Positions 24,560-38,565 are shown, counted from the stretch's first letter. The stretch is DNA of 64,000 nucleotides from Lama glama (GCA_028534125.1 CM052817.1:42472001-42536000), one strand, 5' to 3'. The notes: generated by a model not told the origin, from the sequence alone. A program made the numbers and translations.

Positions 24560-26810
24560 CTTTCTTCATTTTGTTAATGTGACGTGTTATATTGATCGGT
24601 TTGCAGATACGAAGCCATTCTCCCATTCCTGGAATAAATCCCACTTGATTGTGGTGTATGACCCTTCTACCATACTGTTGGATTTGGTTTGCTAATATTT
24701 TGTTGAGGATTTTTGTTTATATTCATCAAGGATATTGACCTGTGATTTTCTTCTTTCTTTTTCTTTCTTTCTTTATTTATTTTCTGGTGTTTTTGCCTGG
24801 TTTTGGGAGCAGGGTAAGCTGGCTTCATGAAATGTATTTGAAAGGTTTCCCTCCTCTTCAGAATTTTGGAAGAGTTTGAGAACAGGTATTAAATCTGCTT
24901 TAAATGTTTTGTAGAATTTGCCAGCGAAGCAGTCTGGTTCTGGGCTTTTCTTTGTTGGGAACTTTTGATCACTGTTTTAATCTCTTTATGAGTAATCAGT
25001 CTATACAGATTTTCTGTTTCTTCCTGATTCAGTCTTGTGAAACAGTATATTCTAAAAATTTATCCATTTCTTTCAGGTTGTCCAATTTGTTGGCATATAA
25101 TCGCTCAGGGTGGTCTATTATGACCCTTTTCATTTCCGTAGTATCAGTTGTAACTTCTCTTTCATTTCTGATATTATTCATTTGAGCCCTCTCTCTTTTT
25201 CTCTTGGTTAGTCTACTTAATTACTTGTTGATTTTGTTCATCTTTTCAAGGAACCAGCTCTTAGTTTCATTCATCTTTTCCATTGTTCTTTAGTCCCCAT
25301 TTCATTTATTCTGCTCTGATATTTATTATTTCCTTCCTTCTACTAATTTGGGGCTTCATCTATTCTTTTTATAGTTCCTTTAAGCCTAAAGTTAAGACTG
25401 TTCATTTGGGAATATTTTTCTTTTTTCTTGAAGTAGGCCTGTATTGCTATGAACTTTTCTTTCAAAACTGCTTTTACTGCATCTTCTAATTTTGGTATGT
25501 TGTATTTCTGTTCCCTCATTTGTCTCTAGGTATTTTATTGCTTGTCCTTTGATTTCTTCTATGAGTCATTGGTTATTCAGTAGCATGTTGTTTAATCTTC
25601 ATGTTTTTATGGGTTTTCCCATTTTTTTCTTGTAATTGATGTCTAGTTTCATGTAATTGTGATCAGACAAGATGCTTGATAAGATTTCAGTCTTCTTAAA
25701 CTTATTGAGACTAGTTTTGTGACCTAACATTTAATCTGTCTTGGAGAATGTTCCATGTGCACTTGAGAAGAATATGTATTCTGTTGCTTTTGCGTAGAAT
25801 GCTGTGTATACATCTATTAAGTCAATTGGTCTAATGTATCATTTAAGCCCACAGTTTCCTTACTGATTTTATGTCTGGATGATCTAGCCATTGATGTATA
25901 TGGGTGTCAAAGTCTCCTACTATTATTGTATCACTTTCCATTCCTCCCTTTGTCTGTTAATATTTGCTTCATACGTTTTATGCTCCTAGGTTGGGTGAAT
26001 ATACATTTAAAAATGTTATTACCTCTTGTTGGATTAACCCTTTTTTCATTATGAAATGCCCTTCCTTGTCTTTTATTACAGTCATTGTTTTAAAGTCTAC
26101 TTTATCTGATAAAAGTATAGCTACTTCAGCTTTCTTTCCATATCCATTTGCCTAAAATACAGTTTTCTGTTTTCTTCATCTTCAGGCTGTCTGTGTACTT
26201 ACTTCTGAGGTGAGTCTCTTGTAAGCAGGATATAGATGGGTCTTGTTTTTTTAATCCATTCAGCTACTTTGTGTCTTTTGATTGGCAAATTTAGTCCATT
26301 TACATTTAAAGTAATTACTGATGAGTACATACTTACTGCCATTTAAAAAATTATTTTCTGGCCTTACTGTGACTCCTCTCTGTTCTTTTCTTTTCCTTTC
26401 TCTTTCCTTGCATTTTGGTGATTTTATTTACTGTTGTGTTTATATTCATTTCTCATATCTTTTGTGTATTTACTGTAAGTTTTCTCCTTGTGGTTGCTGT
26501 GAAGTTCATATATAATAACAACCTATGTAAATAGCAGTCTGTTTAGGTTGGTAGCAACTTAAAATAATATTCTAAAGCCGATCTTTTCAGGTGCCCCTTC
26601 TTCATTTTATACTCTTGATAACATATTTTATGTCTTTTTATTTTCTGTATACCTTACCTAATTATTATAATTTTAGTTAATTTTATTGCTTTTGTCTTTC
26701 AAGATTCATGCTTATTTTACAAAGTGACTGATCCACTACTCTTATTATATAATTACTTTTTACAGTGATATTTTCACTTTTGTATGTTTTCTTATTATTA
26801 ATTAGTGTAT
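24560..26810 (-). mobile_element. L1 ORF2 5' half (endonuclease to early RT) plus upstream sequence, antisense
   Basis: cctggaataaatcccacttgattgtggtg (DQVGFIPG-type RT region) at about 24630 and ccatttacatttaaagtaat (ITLNVNGL endonuclease start) at about 26300. Confidence 0.9.
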
Positions 26811-26834
26811 ATAAATAATTAATTCATGTATATA

Positions 26835-27760
26835 AGTGAATAAAATGCACAGGGGACCTAAACAGGCATTTTTCTAAAGGAGACCTCCACATGGCCAACA
26901 GGTATATGAAGAGGGCTCAACACCACTAATCATCAGGGAAATGTAAATCAAAAACACATCTTTTAGAAAGCCTATTATCCAAAGGACAAGAGATAACAAA
27001 TGCAATGAGGATGTGGAGAAAAGGGAACCCTGGTGCACTGTTGATGGAAATGTAATTTGGTGCAACCACTACAGAAGACAATATGTAGGTTCCTCAAGAA
27101 ATTAAACATAGTACTATCATATGATCCAACAACCCCGTTTCTGAGTATATATATGAATGAGATAAAATCACTATCTCAAAGAGATGTCTGCACTCCCAAG
27201 TTTACTGCTGCATTATTTACAGTAGCCAAGACACAGAAACAACCCAAGTGTTTGCTGATTGATGAATGGATAATAAAAATGAGATAAACACACACACATA
27301 CGCAATGGAATATTATTCAGTCATCAAAAAAGAAGGAAACCCTGCGGTGTACAACAATATGGATGGACCTTCAGGGCATTATGCTACAAGTAGTAAGTCA
27401 GACAGGGAAAGACAAATACTGTATGACCTCAATCAATATACAGAAACTAAAAACATCAAACATATTGAAACAGTAGAATGGTAGTTGTCAGGGGCTGAAG
27501 GGTGGAGAAAATGGGGAGATGTTGTAAAGAACACAAACTTTCAGTTATAAGATGAATAAGTTCCAGGGATCTAATATACAGCATGGTGACTATAGCTAAC
27601 AAAAATGTAATGTATACTTGAAAGTTGCTAAGAGAGTAGAGCTTTAATGTTTTCATCTTAAGAACAACAAAAACAAAATGATAATTATGTGAAGTAAGGG
27701 ATGGGTTAAATAACCATACTGTGTCAAGTATTTCACAATATACACAGGTATCAAATTACA
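26835..27760 (+). mobile_element. L1 ORF2 C-terminus + 3'UTR, sense
   Basis: acatggccaacagg...gagaaaagggaaccctggtgcactgttgatgg...tgatccaacaaccccgtttctg...3'UTR. Confidence 0.9.
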
Positions 27761-28410
27761 AAATAATATTTGGCACATATTTATTCTAAAATTTATTTAT
27801 TTTTTAACTGAAGTTCAAATTTAATTTAACTAGGCATTCTGTATTTTATGTTGCAACTGTACTCCTAAAGTTCTTCTTTTCTCATTCTTCCTCTTTCCTT
27901 TTCTTTTCACTAAGAAATCTATTGGATTAATGAACCATAGCTCGGTTTTTATATTAATTATGTGATTAAGAGTTAGGTATGTCTGATTTCAGTTTCAGTT
28001 TCATTGCTTCCAAGGTTTGGCATTGGAAAAATTAACTTTTCCAGGTCTCAGTTTCATGTCTGCAAAATAGGCTTTCCCAGGATTTCTAACAGAAGTAAAT
28101 AAGATAATATATGTAATGATTACATATTATATATTACACATTACACATGTAGTGTCTGCCAGTCAGTCAGCCTGCAGTACATGCTAGCTATGGGGAATTA
28201 CGATGTCATCGTCATGTTTTCACTGTCATAGAGTTGTAGCCCTCTGGATTACCACTGACCTCATCCTACCCTCATTTCTCAGCACACATGTATCCCCTTT
28301 CTCATCTCATCTACCTTTTCTAGAGTGAATCATCAAACTAATATAACCAGTCCCATACATCACCATCAGAACCCCAAACCTTCACCAGATTTTACTTTCT
28401 GGTTTTTATG

Positions 28411-28662
28411 TTTTTTCCTAGCCTTACTGAGATACAATTGATGTACAACACTGTGTAATTTTAAGGTATATGACATGATGGTTTGATATATCCAAATACT
28501 GTGAAATGATTATCATAGAGGGTTAGTTAACTCTTCCATCACTTCACATAATTGCCATTGCTTTTTTGTGCTGAGGACATTTGAGATTCACTCTCTTAGC
28601 AACTGTAAGTATATAATACACTATTGTTAACTATAGTCATCCTGCTGTACATTAGATCCTCC
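28411..28662 (-). mobile_element. L1 3'UTR fragment
   Basis: tactgagatacaattgatgtacaacactgtgtaattttaagg...ttaactatagtcatcctgctgtacattagatc. Confidence 0.75.
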
Positions 28663-30691
28663 TGGTTTCTATGTTGATGTGGCCTGAACATGTTCATTTA
28701 TGCTGAAGGGTCAGGGCCAACTCAACCATAACTTTGCTAGCACTGGCCAGAGAGCTGGCTAGTAAGAAGGACAACAGTGACATTATCAAGTCTGAATTCT
28801 GTCAAAAGCTACAGTAGGGCCTTTTGCATATGTTCTTTATTTAATGATCATAGTAACTATATGTAATACTATCGACATTTTGTAGGTAAAGGAAAGAAGG
28901 ATTCAGAGGTAGAAGAAGCAAAAAAGTTTGCATTTGGATATTGTTAGGGACTTCATACTTAGGTAACTGTAACAACTTACATTAGTGTAGGGATTCTTGA
29001 GGATTTTATTTTTCTCCAAGGATGTTCACATACACAATCTCATTTATCCTTACAACCATCCTGCAAGTTAGAAAAATTAATTATTTTAAATATTTAAATA
29101 ATTTGATTAACACGTAATTAATAATTAATATTTAAATATTATAAATACTATAAATAATTGTATTGTCTCCATTATACATCCAGTGAAACTGAGACAGTAG
29201 GAAGTTATATGTCCTGTCCAGAATTAAGTGGTAATTAGAATTAATACTATATATATAAATCCTTATGCATCTTTGTGTCTTCAAACACTATACTGTCAAA
29301 GACACTTATAAAATAGGTAGCTTAGCACAATGGTTAAATGGTGTAACTTAATATTAGAAAGACCTATACTCAGATTCCTGCTTTGTCTTTTTGGACCTGT
29401 GTGACCTTGGAAAAGTTCTTTGATCTTTACAAATTTTAGTTTTCTCAACTTTAAATGAGGAAAATAAAACAATACTTACATTGTGCCGTGGTTGTGAGGC
29501 TTCAAGGTGAGAAAATATATATTTTACTTAGTGTAGCACTTTGTACAAAATAAGTAACCAGTAAATATTAGCTAATATTATAATTAATAATCAAAAATGT
29601 TAATCTTAATATTGGCATTATTATCAAGTAAGAATGGGTTTTTGAAGGCTCTGCATTTTTAATAATTTAATAATTTTCCTTCAAAGGAAAGTAAAAGAAA
29701 TTAAATATTTTCAAAGACTGTTTATTTGTAATTTGCATATCATGTGGAATTTTAAAAATATTACCTCATTAAATTTTTATAATCAACTTGTAAGGTAGCT
29801 GTTATATTCATTTAACTGAAAAATTACAGAGTTTACTTAAAGTCTTTATATAGATGGTAACTCACAGTTAAAATATTCAAATACAAATCTGTACCAAACT
29901 AAGACATGTCAAGTTCTACACTAAAAATATTATCTGATGTTTATTATGTGACCAAATAATCTAATATTGCTGAATGCACAGTTTGAATTATTTAAAAAGT
30001 AGAGGCAATAATCTGAAGTATTTTCCCATGAACGTGTGTGAATATGAAGCAAATATAAAAGGAAGTAAGGGGAAGCAGTCCTGGAAAGACATGCCCTGAT
30101 CAGCAAAATCACTAATACAGATTCTTTCAGCATTTTACTTATAAATACAGTCCTCCTCCAAAATTCCTACAATTCAAAAGTCTCTAGAAACTGCCTAATT
30201 CCCTCAAATTGAACAGGGAGGTATCTACCACGCATATAAGACAACTCTGATAGTTTTGCTAAGCCTCTGTCATGATTTAAATTCTTTATAGCTTTTGCAG
30301 GTTTAGGACCTGAATCTAGAAAGTGAAAATGAGACAAATATCAAATATTTTGATTTTTTGATAATGGGGTCCAATTACCCAAAGATAACAAATGGAACAT
30401 TGACAATGGGATTTTCATCCCAATCATCTAGGGCTATATGGATAATCTTATGGGAATCATGAGGTTATAGTTTAGAAGAATAAATCGCTCTATTCAGCCA
30501 TACCAAGAGCAGCTCACTCTACAAATAAAAGTCCTCAAAGTAATCCATTGGAATTAAAAATTAAAATATTCAGACATCATTAATTTTAAAAATATATCTT
30601 AAAAAATTTTTTAAGGATACATAGCAATCCCTTTGACATGAGACTCATATAGAAGAGTCATAATAGCTTCTCCAAGGATCTGAGATTGACT

Positions 30692-31150
30692 TTATTCACT
30701 CATTTAACAAATGTTTATTGAGCACCAATAAATGCCAGGCATCGTTATAGATGCTAGTTTACAGTAATGAACAAAATAGGCCAAGTTCCTGCTCTTATGG
30801 AACTTAAAGTTTAGTGGGAAAAACAGTAAACCAATAAGCCAATAAAGGTATAACATCCAACATTGTCATAAGGGCCAAGAGGGAAAATAAAGCTAGGCAA
30901 AGGGCTAGGGAGTGGTGAATTCTGGAAGAGGAGTAGTTAATATTTTACAATGTGGGGCAAGAAAGGAATCTCTGATGAAGAGACATTTGAACAGAAACAT
31001 GAAAGAAGTGAGGGAGGGAAGCATACTGAAATCAGGGAGAAGAGCATGAAAACTGGTGAGGAAAGCAAGTGCAAAGGCCCTGAGATGGTAGTGTGTTGGT
31101 GTATCCAAACCACAGCAAGGCCAAACTGACTGGAATAGAGTATAAGATGA
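30692..31150 (-). mobile_element. L2 LINE 3' fragment
   Basis: ttattcactcatttaacaaatgtttattgagcacc...aagtgcaaaggccctgag. Confidence 0.75.
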
Positions 31151-31547
31151 AAGGATTAGAAAATATGCTTTTTAAAAGACACCCAGCTTTAAAATATATA
31201 ATTATCTACTGGTCTTCTTATGCAATGAAAGAATGAATCCAAAAGGTGAAGACATTTCAGATCTTTACTCCTAGGAAGCCTTGCTTCCATCACTGCTGTG
31301 TCTGCCATGAGGGAGTCTGAACTAGTGATGAAAGGCTGGCCAGCCTAACTAGTTATCTGGCTCTTAATTGGCAAGCAATTATAGCTGCATTTTAGCTACA
31401 TGGCTGCAATTTAAATATTTTTACAATTTTAGACAATAATCCTGAATGCTTATACATTTCATGAATGAGACCTTATGCTTCAATTGTATGTGGCAGAAAA
31501 ATTGTCATAGAGAAAAAAATTCATCTTGAGAAGCTTTAAAACATTAC

Positions 31548-31862
31548 AAATTCATCCTTGAGGTAGTTCATAGTCTATTCATATAGCTTTAAAGATGTAT
31601 TTCAACTCTCCACTGATTATTTCTGTCAATAGCCAACTCTTCCTAAAACTTGTAAAACATTAAGTAAAAGATTATCTCAACTGACCACCCATTAATGATG
31701 ATGTGTCTTCTTCCTAATTCACTGGAGAGGTTTTTGTTTTCATAAATTAAGAAAGTTTGCAAGTTATAAATTCACTGATGTGATAATATTTCTTCCTTGC
31801 ATGGCTTGATAATTCAAGTATCAGAGTACTTTGAAAAACATTATGTACTGGGTCTTTTCTTG
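31548..31862 (-). pseudogene. Decayed exon
   Basis: tttttttcttag acceptor; probable GTAATG donor. Reads RKDPVHNVFQSTLILELSSHARKKYYHISEFITCK, frameshift, then LIYENKNLSSELGRRHIIINGWSVEIIFYLMFYKF*EELAIDRNNQWRVEIHL. Confidence 0.55.
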
Positions 31863-32398
31863 CTAAGAAAAAAAAATGACGATTTTGGAAAGAACGGAAC
31901 TTGGCAATATTTTCTTGTTTTCTTAGATGGTTTCCTTAGATGGTTTCCTTATTATCAGAATCTATGTGCATACATTTTATTAATAAATAAATCATTGTTT
32001 CAACTGCCAAATTATTGTACATTTTTTAAAAAATGCTGATTGTGCTACAGGAATAGTGAAAAACACTTTTAACAGTCATGGGTCAATTTATCACAGTATA
32101 AGCGTCTTTTTGACCATGAGGTGACTACTTGTCTGCTCAATTCTGACCACCTGCCTTATGAGAGAATGAAAGGCACCAGCAGAAAACAGATCAGATGGCA
32201 GAATTTGGGAAAAAGCCAGTTTGCAGAATGTGAGATTCTACTGAATATATTATCAAAAGGTCCCATATTGAACTTTTTTGAGCACATAGCAGAGATGGTT
32301 GTGGTAATTAACTGCTGCAATTTCGTTCAAGTTTAACCACTGGTCATTATTTCAGTGAGATTGTGTAAACCTCTTTCTTAGGTTAGTGAGATTCTTAC

Positions 32399-32697
32399 TT
32401 GAGTTTATTCAGGAATTCCAAAAAATGCAGACATCAGAAATTCAGAATTTGATTAGGAAGAGTTTCCCACAGGTGTTAGGGTAAAAATCACAAAGTACTT
32501 TAAATCCATTGATGCCAGTCAACCCAAACCCTACCGGTCAGGTCCCCTCAGTGTGAATTTTTATAGGATCTCATAAAATAAGAACTTTGCTTAAACTCAT
32601 ATTCTTCAGAACCAAATTTTAAGAGCTGTAGTACGGGGACTCAACTGGACTTAAGTTTTTATAAAAAGTTTTCTTAGCTGAAACTACTAGATTATTT
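32399..32697 (-). pseudogene. Decayed exon (299 nt), chromo-like segment
   Basis: gttctttgccttttccag acceptor, GTAAGA donor. Internal frame GSEEYEFKQSSYFMRSYKNSH*GDLTGRVWVDWHQWI*STL*FLP*HLWETLPNQILNF. Confidence 0.6.
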
Positions 32698-34565
32698 CTG
32701 GAAAAGGCAAAGAACTTAGCTTCCAATTTGTTTAAATGGAGTTGAAAGAAAGGGGAATTTTTTTTGACATTCATTAGAAATCTGAATGTACCAAGGAGGG
32801 TTGTAAAATACATTTTATTGAAGCTCATTTAGATTAGAAGCAGAGGAACATCTGTAACTACCCTGAAGGGGACTCAGGAAGAACTTTTTACGAGTAAACT
32901 GGGATGGTTGCTTTTAATTATTTGAGTGTATAGATTATTCAGTAATGTGTGTAAAGAGCTATTTAGCTACCACAGCCAGGCCACGTCACTGAACTACAAG
33001 AGGACTTTTTTGCAGTTCATTTGGCTTGTGCTCTGAAATTTAAAATATCTTGAAAGTAACTGAAGCAAGTTAAAGTGCGACCTGTTGGCCGCAGTGACTT
33101 ACTGTGAAATTCCTTCGTGGATTTACTTTCCTGTGTATCATTTCACAAGACCCGAGCTAAATTGTTTTGTTTTACATAGGATTCAAAAGCATAGTATTTT
33201 TTCTTAAGAACTACTCATATGTAACATTGTCTGGGAAGTCTGCAGGGGTTTCCAAGGTTAAAGTTTGGCTTTAATTCTTAAAAACATTTAAACTAAACTT
33301 CCATTCGGTATTCTGTTTTTGAAGAAGCCAATATCATATGATTCCAATCTTAAAAAATAAAATGTTGTCTTCAGCCCCTAAGCTGTTACGACACTGCAGA
33401 GGGTGAGGCTCACTAAACATCTATGAACACAGCTCTGTGTTTGGTTAGGAAAGGTGGTAGCCCACAACTGCCTGTCCCATCAGTCCCTATTTGATAGGGA
33501 AGAGATTTACTGAATAGAAGGTCATCATATTTTACCTTTTTTCATAATCAAACATGCAAAGGGAACATAGATAATGACACACAGCTTTAACGGCATTTCA
33601 GAGGCAGTTTATTTTATAGGACGCATCTTAATGAGGGAGAATCATTCCAGAATTTCTGCTAAATACAAAAGCATCAACATTGCAAAGAGTGTTATTAGGA
33701 TAAAAGGAGTCTTTCCAAAATAAAAGAATTTTTTTTCATAAATTAGGTATAAACAGTAAACAGGAACCATGACTTAAGTCACAAGACCACATTGGTAAAA
33801 TAGCATCAAAAATTTGTGCAAACAAAGCCACTATCTTTGGATAGCTTTTTTTTTTTTTAACCCACTTAACTTGAGAGTAACTTAACTTGCATGGAAATTC
33901 ACTACACTATGTCTTTCTGACCACCCTGGTTTGTGCTACAATTAGAGAAGATGAATTTTCAGAAGAACAAGCTTTAAATTGGTCACTCCGGCACGACAGA
34001 TTTTATTACAGATGCCTACGTGCTCTTCAGAAAGACACTTCTCAACTCCCTGGGAAGAAAGCATATGACTGAATTTCAGTAGTTCAGTTTTTACATTAAA
34101 ATATGGCCAGTGAGGGGTTCCAATCTGTCAGGGAAAAGTGGCCATGCGGCCAGAGTTATCATTTCACTTTGGGGGTCTTGTGTTTGCCAAGTGGTCAGCC
34201 AGCTGTCCAGGCTTTTAAAATGAGGAAACTGAAAAATCTGAGATGTAAATTGCACTGACACATTTAATATTCATTAAACCTGAAGGATTTTTAATAAAAT
34301 TAAAAGAGAATTGCTGTTTTGAAATCTGAAGCTTTAATAACTATGCCCTTAAATTTCACATAAACAGGTAGGAAATCAAAACTCACACAGCTGTGGGCCT
34401 TGTTTCACAGTGCAAAGAACAGGCATGAAGGCTGATAGGTCTTATTTCAGTTTGCTCCTGATATTTAGTAGTTATATAAACAACTCCTTGAGCCTCACTT
34501 CTATTGTCTGTAAAATGGGAAGAAAACAATAAACCTGAACTGGAAAAAAAAAGGTGTAACCATCT

Positions 34566-34690
34566 GTGCTAATGGATGTTAAATAAATTTATTGTGGTAA
34601 TCATTTTGCAATATACACATGTATCAAAATCATTGTTGTACACCTAAAATTAATATAACGTTACACGTCGATTATACGTCAATAAAAGAC
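34566..34690 (+). mobile_element. Short L1 3' end
   Basis: attgtggtaatcattttgcaatatacacatgtatcaaaatcattgttgtacacc...caataaa. Confidence 0.7.
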
Positions 34691-36579
34691 AACTATCAAA
34701 GAAAACAAACAAGTGTGTTTTGATAGTAATATATTTAAAACACCTGCCAGAAGGAAGACAAATTACAGTAAACTATTTAAATGCACCTTGAAGGAATGGC
34801 ACTTAGAGGCTGTGATTTGAAAATAGATTGCTAATTACTTATTGGCATATACCAAAAAGGGTCGTAATTTCAGAATATGTGTAAAGAATCAATGCAAAAC
34901 ATTGACAGGGAAAATTACGAAGAGCATGTCTTTTCATCTGAGTAAGGGGGTTTGAAGTTAAGCCTTAGGAGTAATGGCTGCAAACCAAAGAGATTTTCTT
35001 GATAATAAGGTTGGATTTGTCTTGCCTACTTTCTTGGGGGAGCCATGGGGAAGGCTGCAGGGGAAAGCGCCAGCCAGTCACGTTTGCATGAGATAATAAT
35101 CAGTTGTGAGCTCAGTGTGTGATTCTCGTTAAATTCCAGACATTGGAACAGCTCCTGAAATGCACTGCCACCACCACCACTACCAATCTCTTTTGCATCT
35201 CATTGGCATTTGAGGACGTTAATTGACTCATTACTGCAATTCATATTCAGGAAAGGAAGTTGATTAAGGAAGGCAGATGCAGAATCTCCAGACACATTCA
35301 TAGCTGCGTTGTTTGTCCCGGCAGTTTACTTGAGTTATTAGAATATTTAGGAAGCGATAGCCAGAGGGACAGGGAACGTGTCCCACTAAGTGTCACCCTC
35401 AGAGAATAGATTTTTACTAAAAACAATATAATTTTTGAATAACCTTTTTCTACCTTAACATCTAAATAGCAAAGTTATTTTCTTAGCTCTTTTCTACTAA
35501 TTATAGCCACTCTATTTGATTTTAATTGCTTTTCTGGAAAATTGGTTTTAGATATTTGTATCAAAAAATATTTTTTAAAAGTTAATAAAAAATATCTCTA
35601 GCTCTATTAGGTTGAAGAACATTTAAATACTAAATAAAATTAATAAAATTTTATAAACAGCTGCAATTCTCAATTTTGCAATTCTCAATTTTGATTAAGT
35701 AAGCTGGGACAAATTTATAGATCAAATGTATTTCATTATTCATTTGAGTGGTTGTTTCCTTTTGTTACTTTGCTGATCTTCAAATAATTGGACTAGTTTC
35801 CATTTTATGTCTAATACTGCATTAAGATAGTTATATACATATACATATATGCTTGTTGGATGAGAGCTTTCTATTTTTTATACTTGGAGTCACCAGCATT
35901 TTGATCTGAGTCTGAGAAATATTCTCAATTGATTCTCAGTAATTTGGCAAATACTTTCACAAGTAAAATACTATATAATTCTTGAGATCAGCTTAACACA
36001 AATTGTATAATTCATTGGTTGCTTTTTATATTGAATTACCTTTATAACAATTAATTTTGAGAAAGTTATTTTTTTCTCTTTATTTTTTTATCTCATGGAG
36101 CATTCCTACTTTCTTCTCTTACTTTAAATTTAAAAATATTGTTCAGACCTTACAATGAATGGCTCTATTACCTAAAGGAAGCAGAAATTGATCTATAAAA
36201 ATTTTGCCCAAAACAACTCATCCTACAAAAATCTTGTTTGGTATTAATCACAGTCATCTTTGTCATTTAACGTCTTTCCTTTCCCAACTAGCTATTGCTC
36301 AGAATTAGCTAATTTTATCTTCTTTACTTGTTCTGTATCAATTAGCCTGAAAGCATAAAAACATGTGTACAGTTAAAATTTTTTCTTACACATATATGGA
36401 TGTACATGAAACAGAAATGAGAAGTGACGCTCAATAGATCTCCTTTAAACACTGCCCCAATTATTTTTCTCCACTAATTAATTTATCTTGACTCCACAGC
36501 AAATAAATCAAGGCTCACTTTCTTCATATATTATTAATTTTCAGTGTTAATAACATTTCAAAGTATTGTTCTACAAAAC

Positions 36580-37700
36580 TTCAATTCAATAAAAATTTAA
36601 TGAGCAATTATTGTATGTGTGTCTGGTATTTAGGGGTGGGGCAGTGGTCATAGATTATTAATGCATCATCTCCACTGTCCAAGGGCTTACACCCAGTGGG
36701 GGGAGGAGGGAGCACATCCAAATTTCCATGTAATAATACGAAGCATGATACAGCTATTTCAACTGAAGAGTAAGCAACGTTAAATGAGAACTCCAAGAAA
36801 TGAACAAATGACTGATAGTCATTTTTTAGAATCTAAAAGGAAGATCCAGGAATGATTTGTGCCTGAATTTGATTACAAGGAAAAAGAGAGTCATCCTAGG
36901 CAGGTGAAATACCCTGAACAAAGGCATGGGATAGTCATGCTCTGGGAAGAGTAAGTAGTTCTGAAATTACTGAAGCCTAGAGTGACTGAAAGTGAACCAA
37001 GAGAGGAGGCTAAAAGCCAAGCAGAATTCAGACTGTGGAGGGCTTTGAAAGGCACATTCGGGAGTCTGCACTTCATTCTACAGATGACGCAGAGCTGTGC
37101 AGGTTCTGGCAGGGCCACACTGGACACAGAGTGTGGTGACAAGAGGTTGCTTGAGCAGCCTGTATTCCAGAGAGCTAACCCTGTTATAAAGAGGTTTGAT
37201 ACACTATGGTAGGAAAGGCTTGGAGATGAGATGTTGGGGAAAACGATTAGAAAGCGATGACCCAAGTCCAAAGAAGTTAATCACCAGCCCCAAAGAAGCA
37301 GCAGTGGGCAGAGAAAGTGGAGTGCATGTGTTTGCAGGCATGGAGATGTAGAACTCTCTGTAGCAGGGAGCTAGGTGTCAAGTAGGAGTGGAGGATGGCT
37401 GGGGAAAAGGGAGAGGAACGACATGATGGTAACTGCAGCACCCTTAGCAGGATTATTGGCTTTATGATTGATATGAGCGGGGGAAGAGGGGGACAGAAGA
37501 GAATATCTTGATGAGGAAATATCCAGCAGGATACTGTAAACGTGGGTCAGAAGATCAGGGTCAGGGCTAGAAATTTACATGTCTCTCAAACAGAAATGGG
37601 AATTGAATGAAAGCACTTGTGAAGGTGATCATACAATGAATAGAAGCTGGAAGATGAAACTTTGCAAACACCTATGGGAAAGCAATGGCTTGATGGAAGG
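36580..37700 (-). mobile_element. Degenerate L2 region
   Basis: ttcaattcaataaaaatttaatgagc start followed by purine-rich L2-like body (gaacaaaggcatggg...agactgtggagggctttgaaaggc). Confidence 0.5.
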
Positions 37701-38357
37701 AAAGGGGTCAGCAAAGAGTTTTCCTGCTGTCATAAAACTTTAGTTAATGAAGACCCAGAAAACATGGCAAGCCTAAAGTCCAAGTGGCATGAAAAAACAG
37801 ACTAGAGAGACACAATTACAGGCAAGGCAAAAAGTTCATTTTTAATTCAATCATTGGTTCATTTCTTCAATTACTCAACATTTACTGAGTACCTCTATGA
37901 GCCAGGCATTGCACTAGATCTCAAAATATATATGGTAGCCCTAAAGTTCCAGACTGTGCTTAGTAATCTCATGCAATCCCTTATTGATTTTTCCCTCCCT
38001 CACATTTCCAGATTAAGGATTAATACCTATTAAGCTTTTCCCTCCTTGTATAAATATAATTATCATTAAAATATGACTGTAATAAAAATAGTTCTTGATA
38101 TTTCAAGAGTGCTTTTATACATATTTGTTCATTTAATCCTCCCTGCAATCTCATGAAGTAGAAAAGTCAAGCATTGTTATCTGTATTTTATATGCGAAGA
38201 GTGAAATTACCAAACAGGGTCTTGTGTGCAGTAATTACTCAATAAATATTTATTTGAATCAATCCTACACAGAGGTTGTTGCTAAAAATTTCCCAAAGAA
38301 CCAGCTTATAATTTTACACTTAAGCGTCTCCCCTCACACAAAAAAAAGACTACTTAA

Positions 38358-38565
38358 ACGAAGTCAGGTATCTACATTTTTTTGTCAAACCAAAACATTC
38401 TCTTCTCATCGTCACTAAATAACCCCTAACTATATGTGTCCCAGCTCCAATGCTGATGTTATACCCCGGTGACGTCCCTTCCAGTCTCAGAACCCTATCA
38501 CTATGGAATAAAACTGTCTCCTCAGTTGTTCTCTCACTGCCTTTAGCTTTCATTTTTCCCTGTTC
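38358..38565 (-). pseudogene. Decayed exon (208 nt) with apparently broken donor, chromo-like segment
   Basis: aaattttctctag acceptor; donor-like TTAAGT (GT lost). Phase-0 frame is open for 69 codons (EQGKMKAKGSERTTEETVLFHSDRVLRLEGTSPGYN...). An alternative frame gives HWSWDTYS*GLFSDDEKRMFWFDKKM*IPDF, ending in phase 2. Confidence 0.55.

Noticed and set aside
31922..31951. cttagatggtttc tandem duplication (also tgcaattctcaattt x2 at about 35662-35691)
   Set aside because: Simple two-copy slippage duplications, not arrays or CRISPR-like structures.
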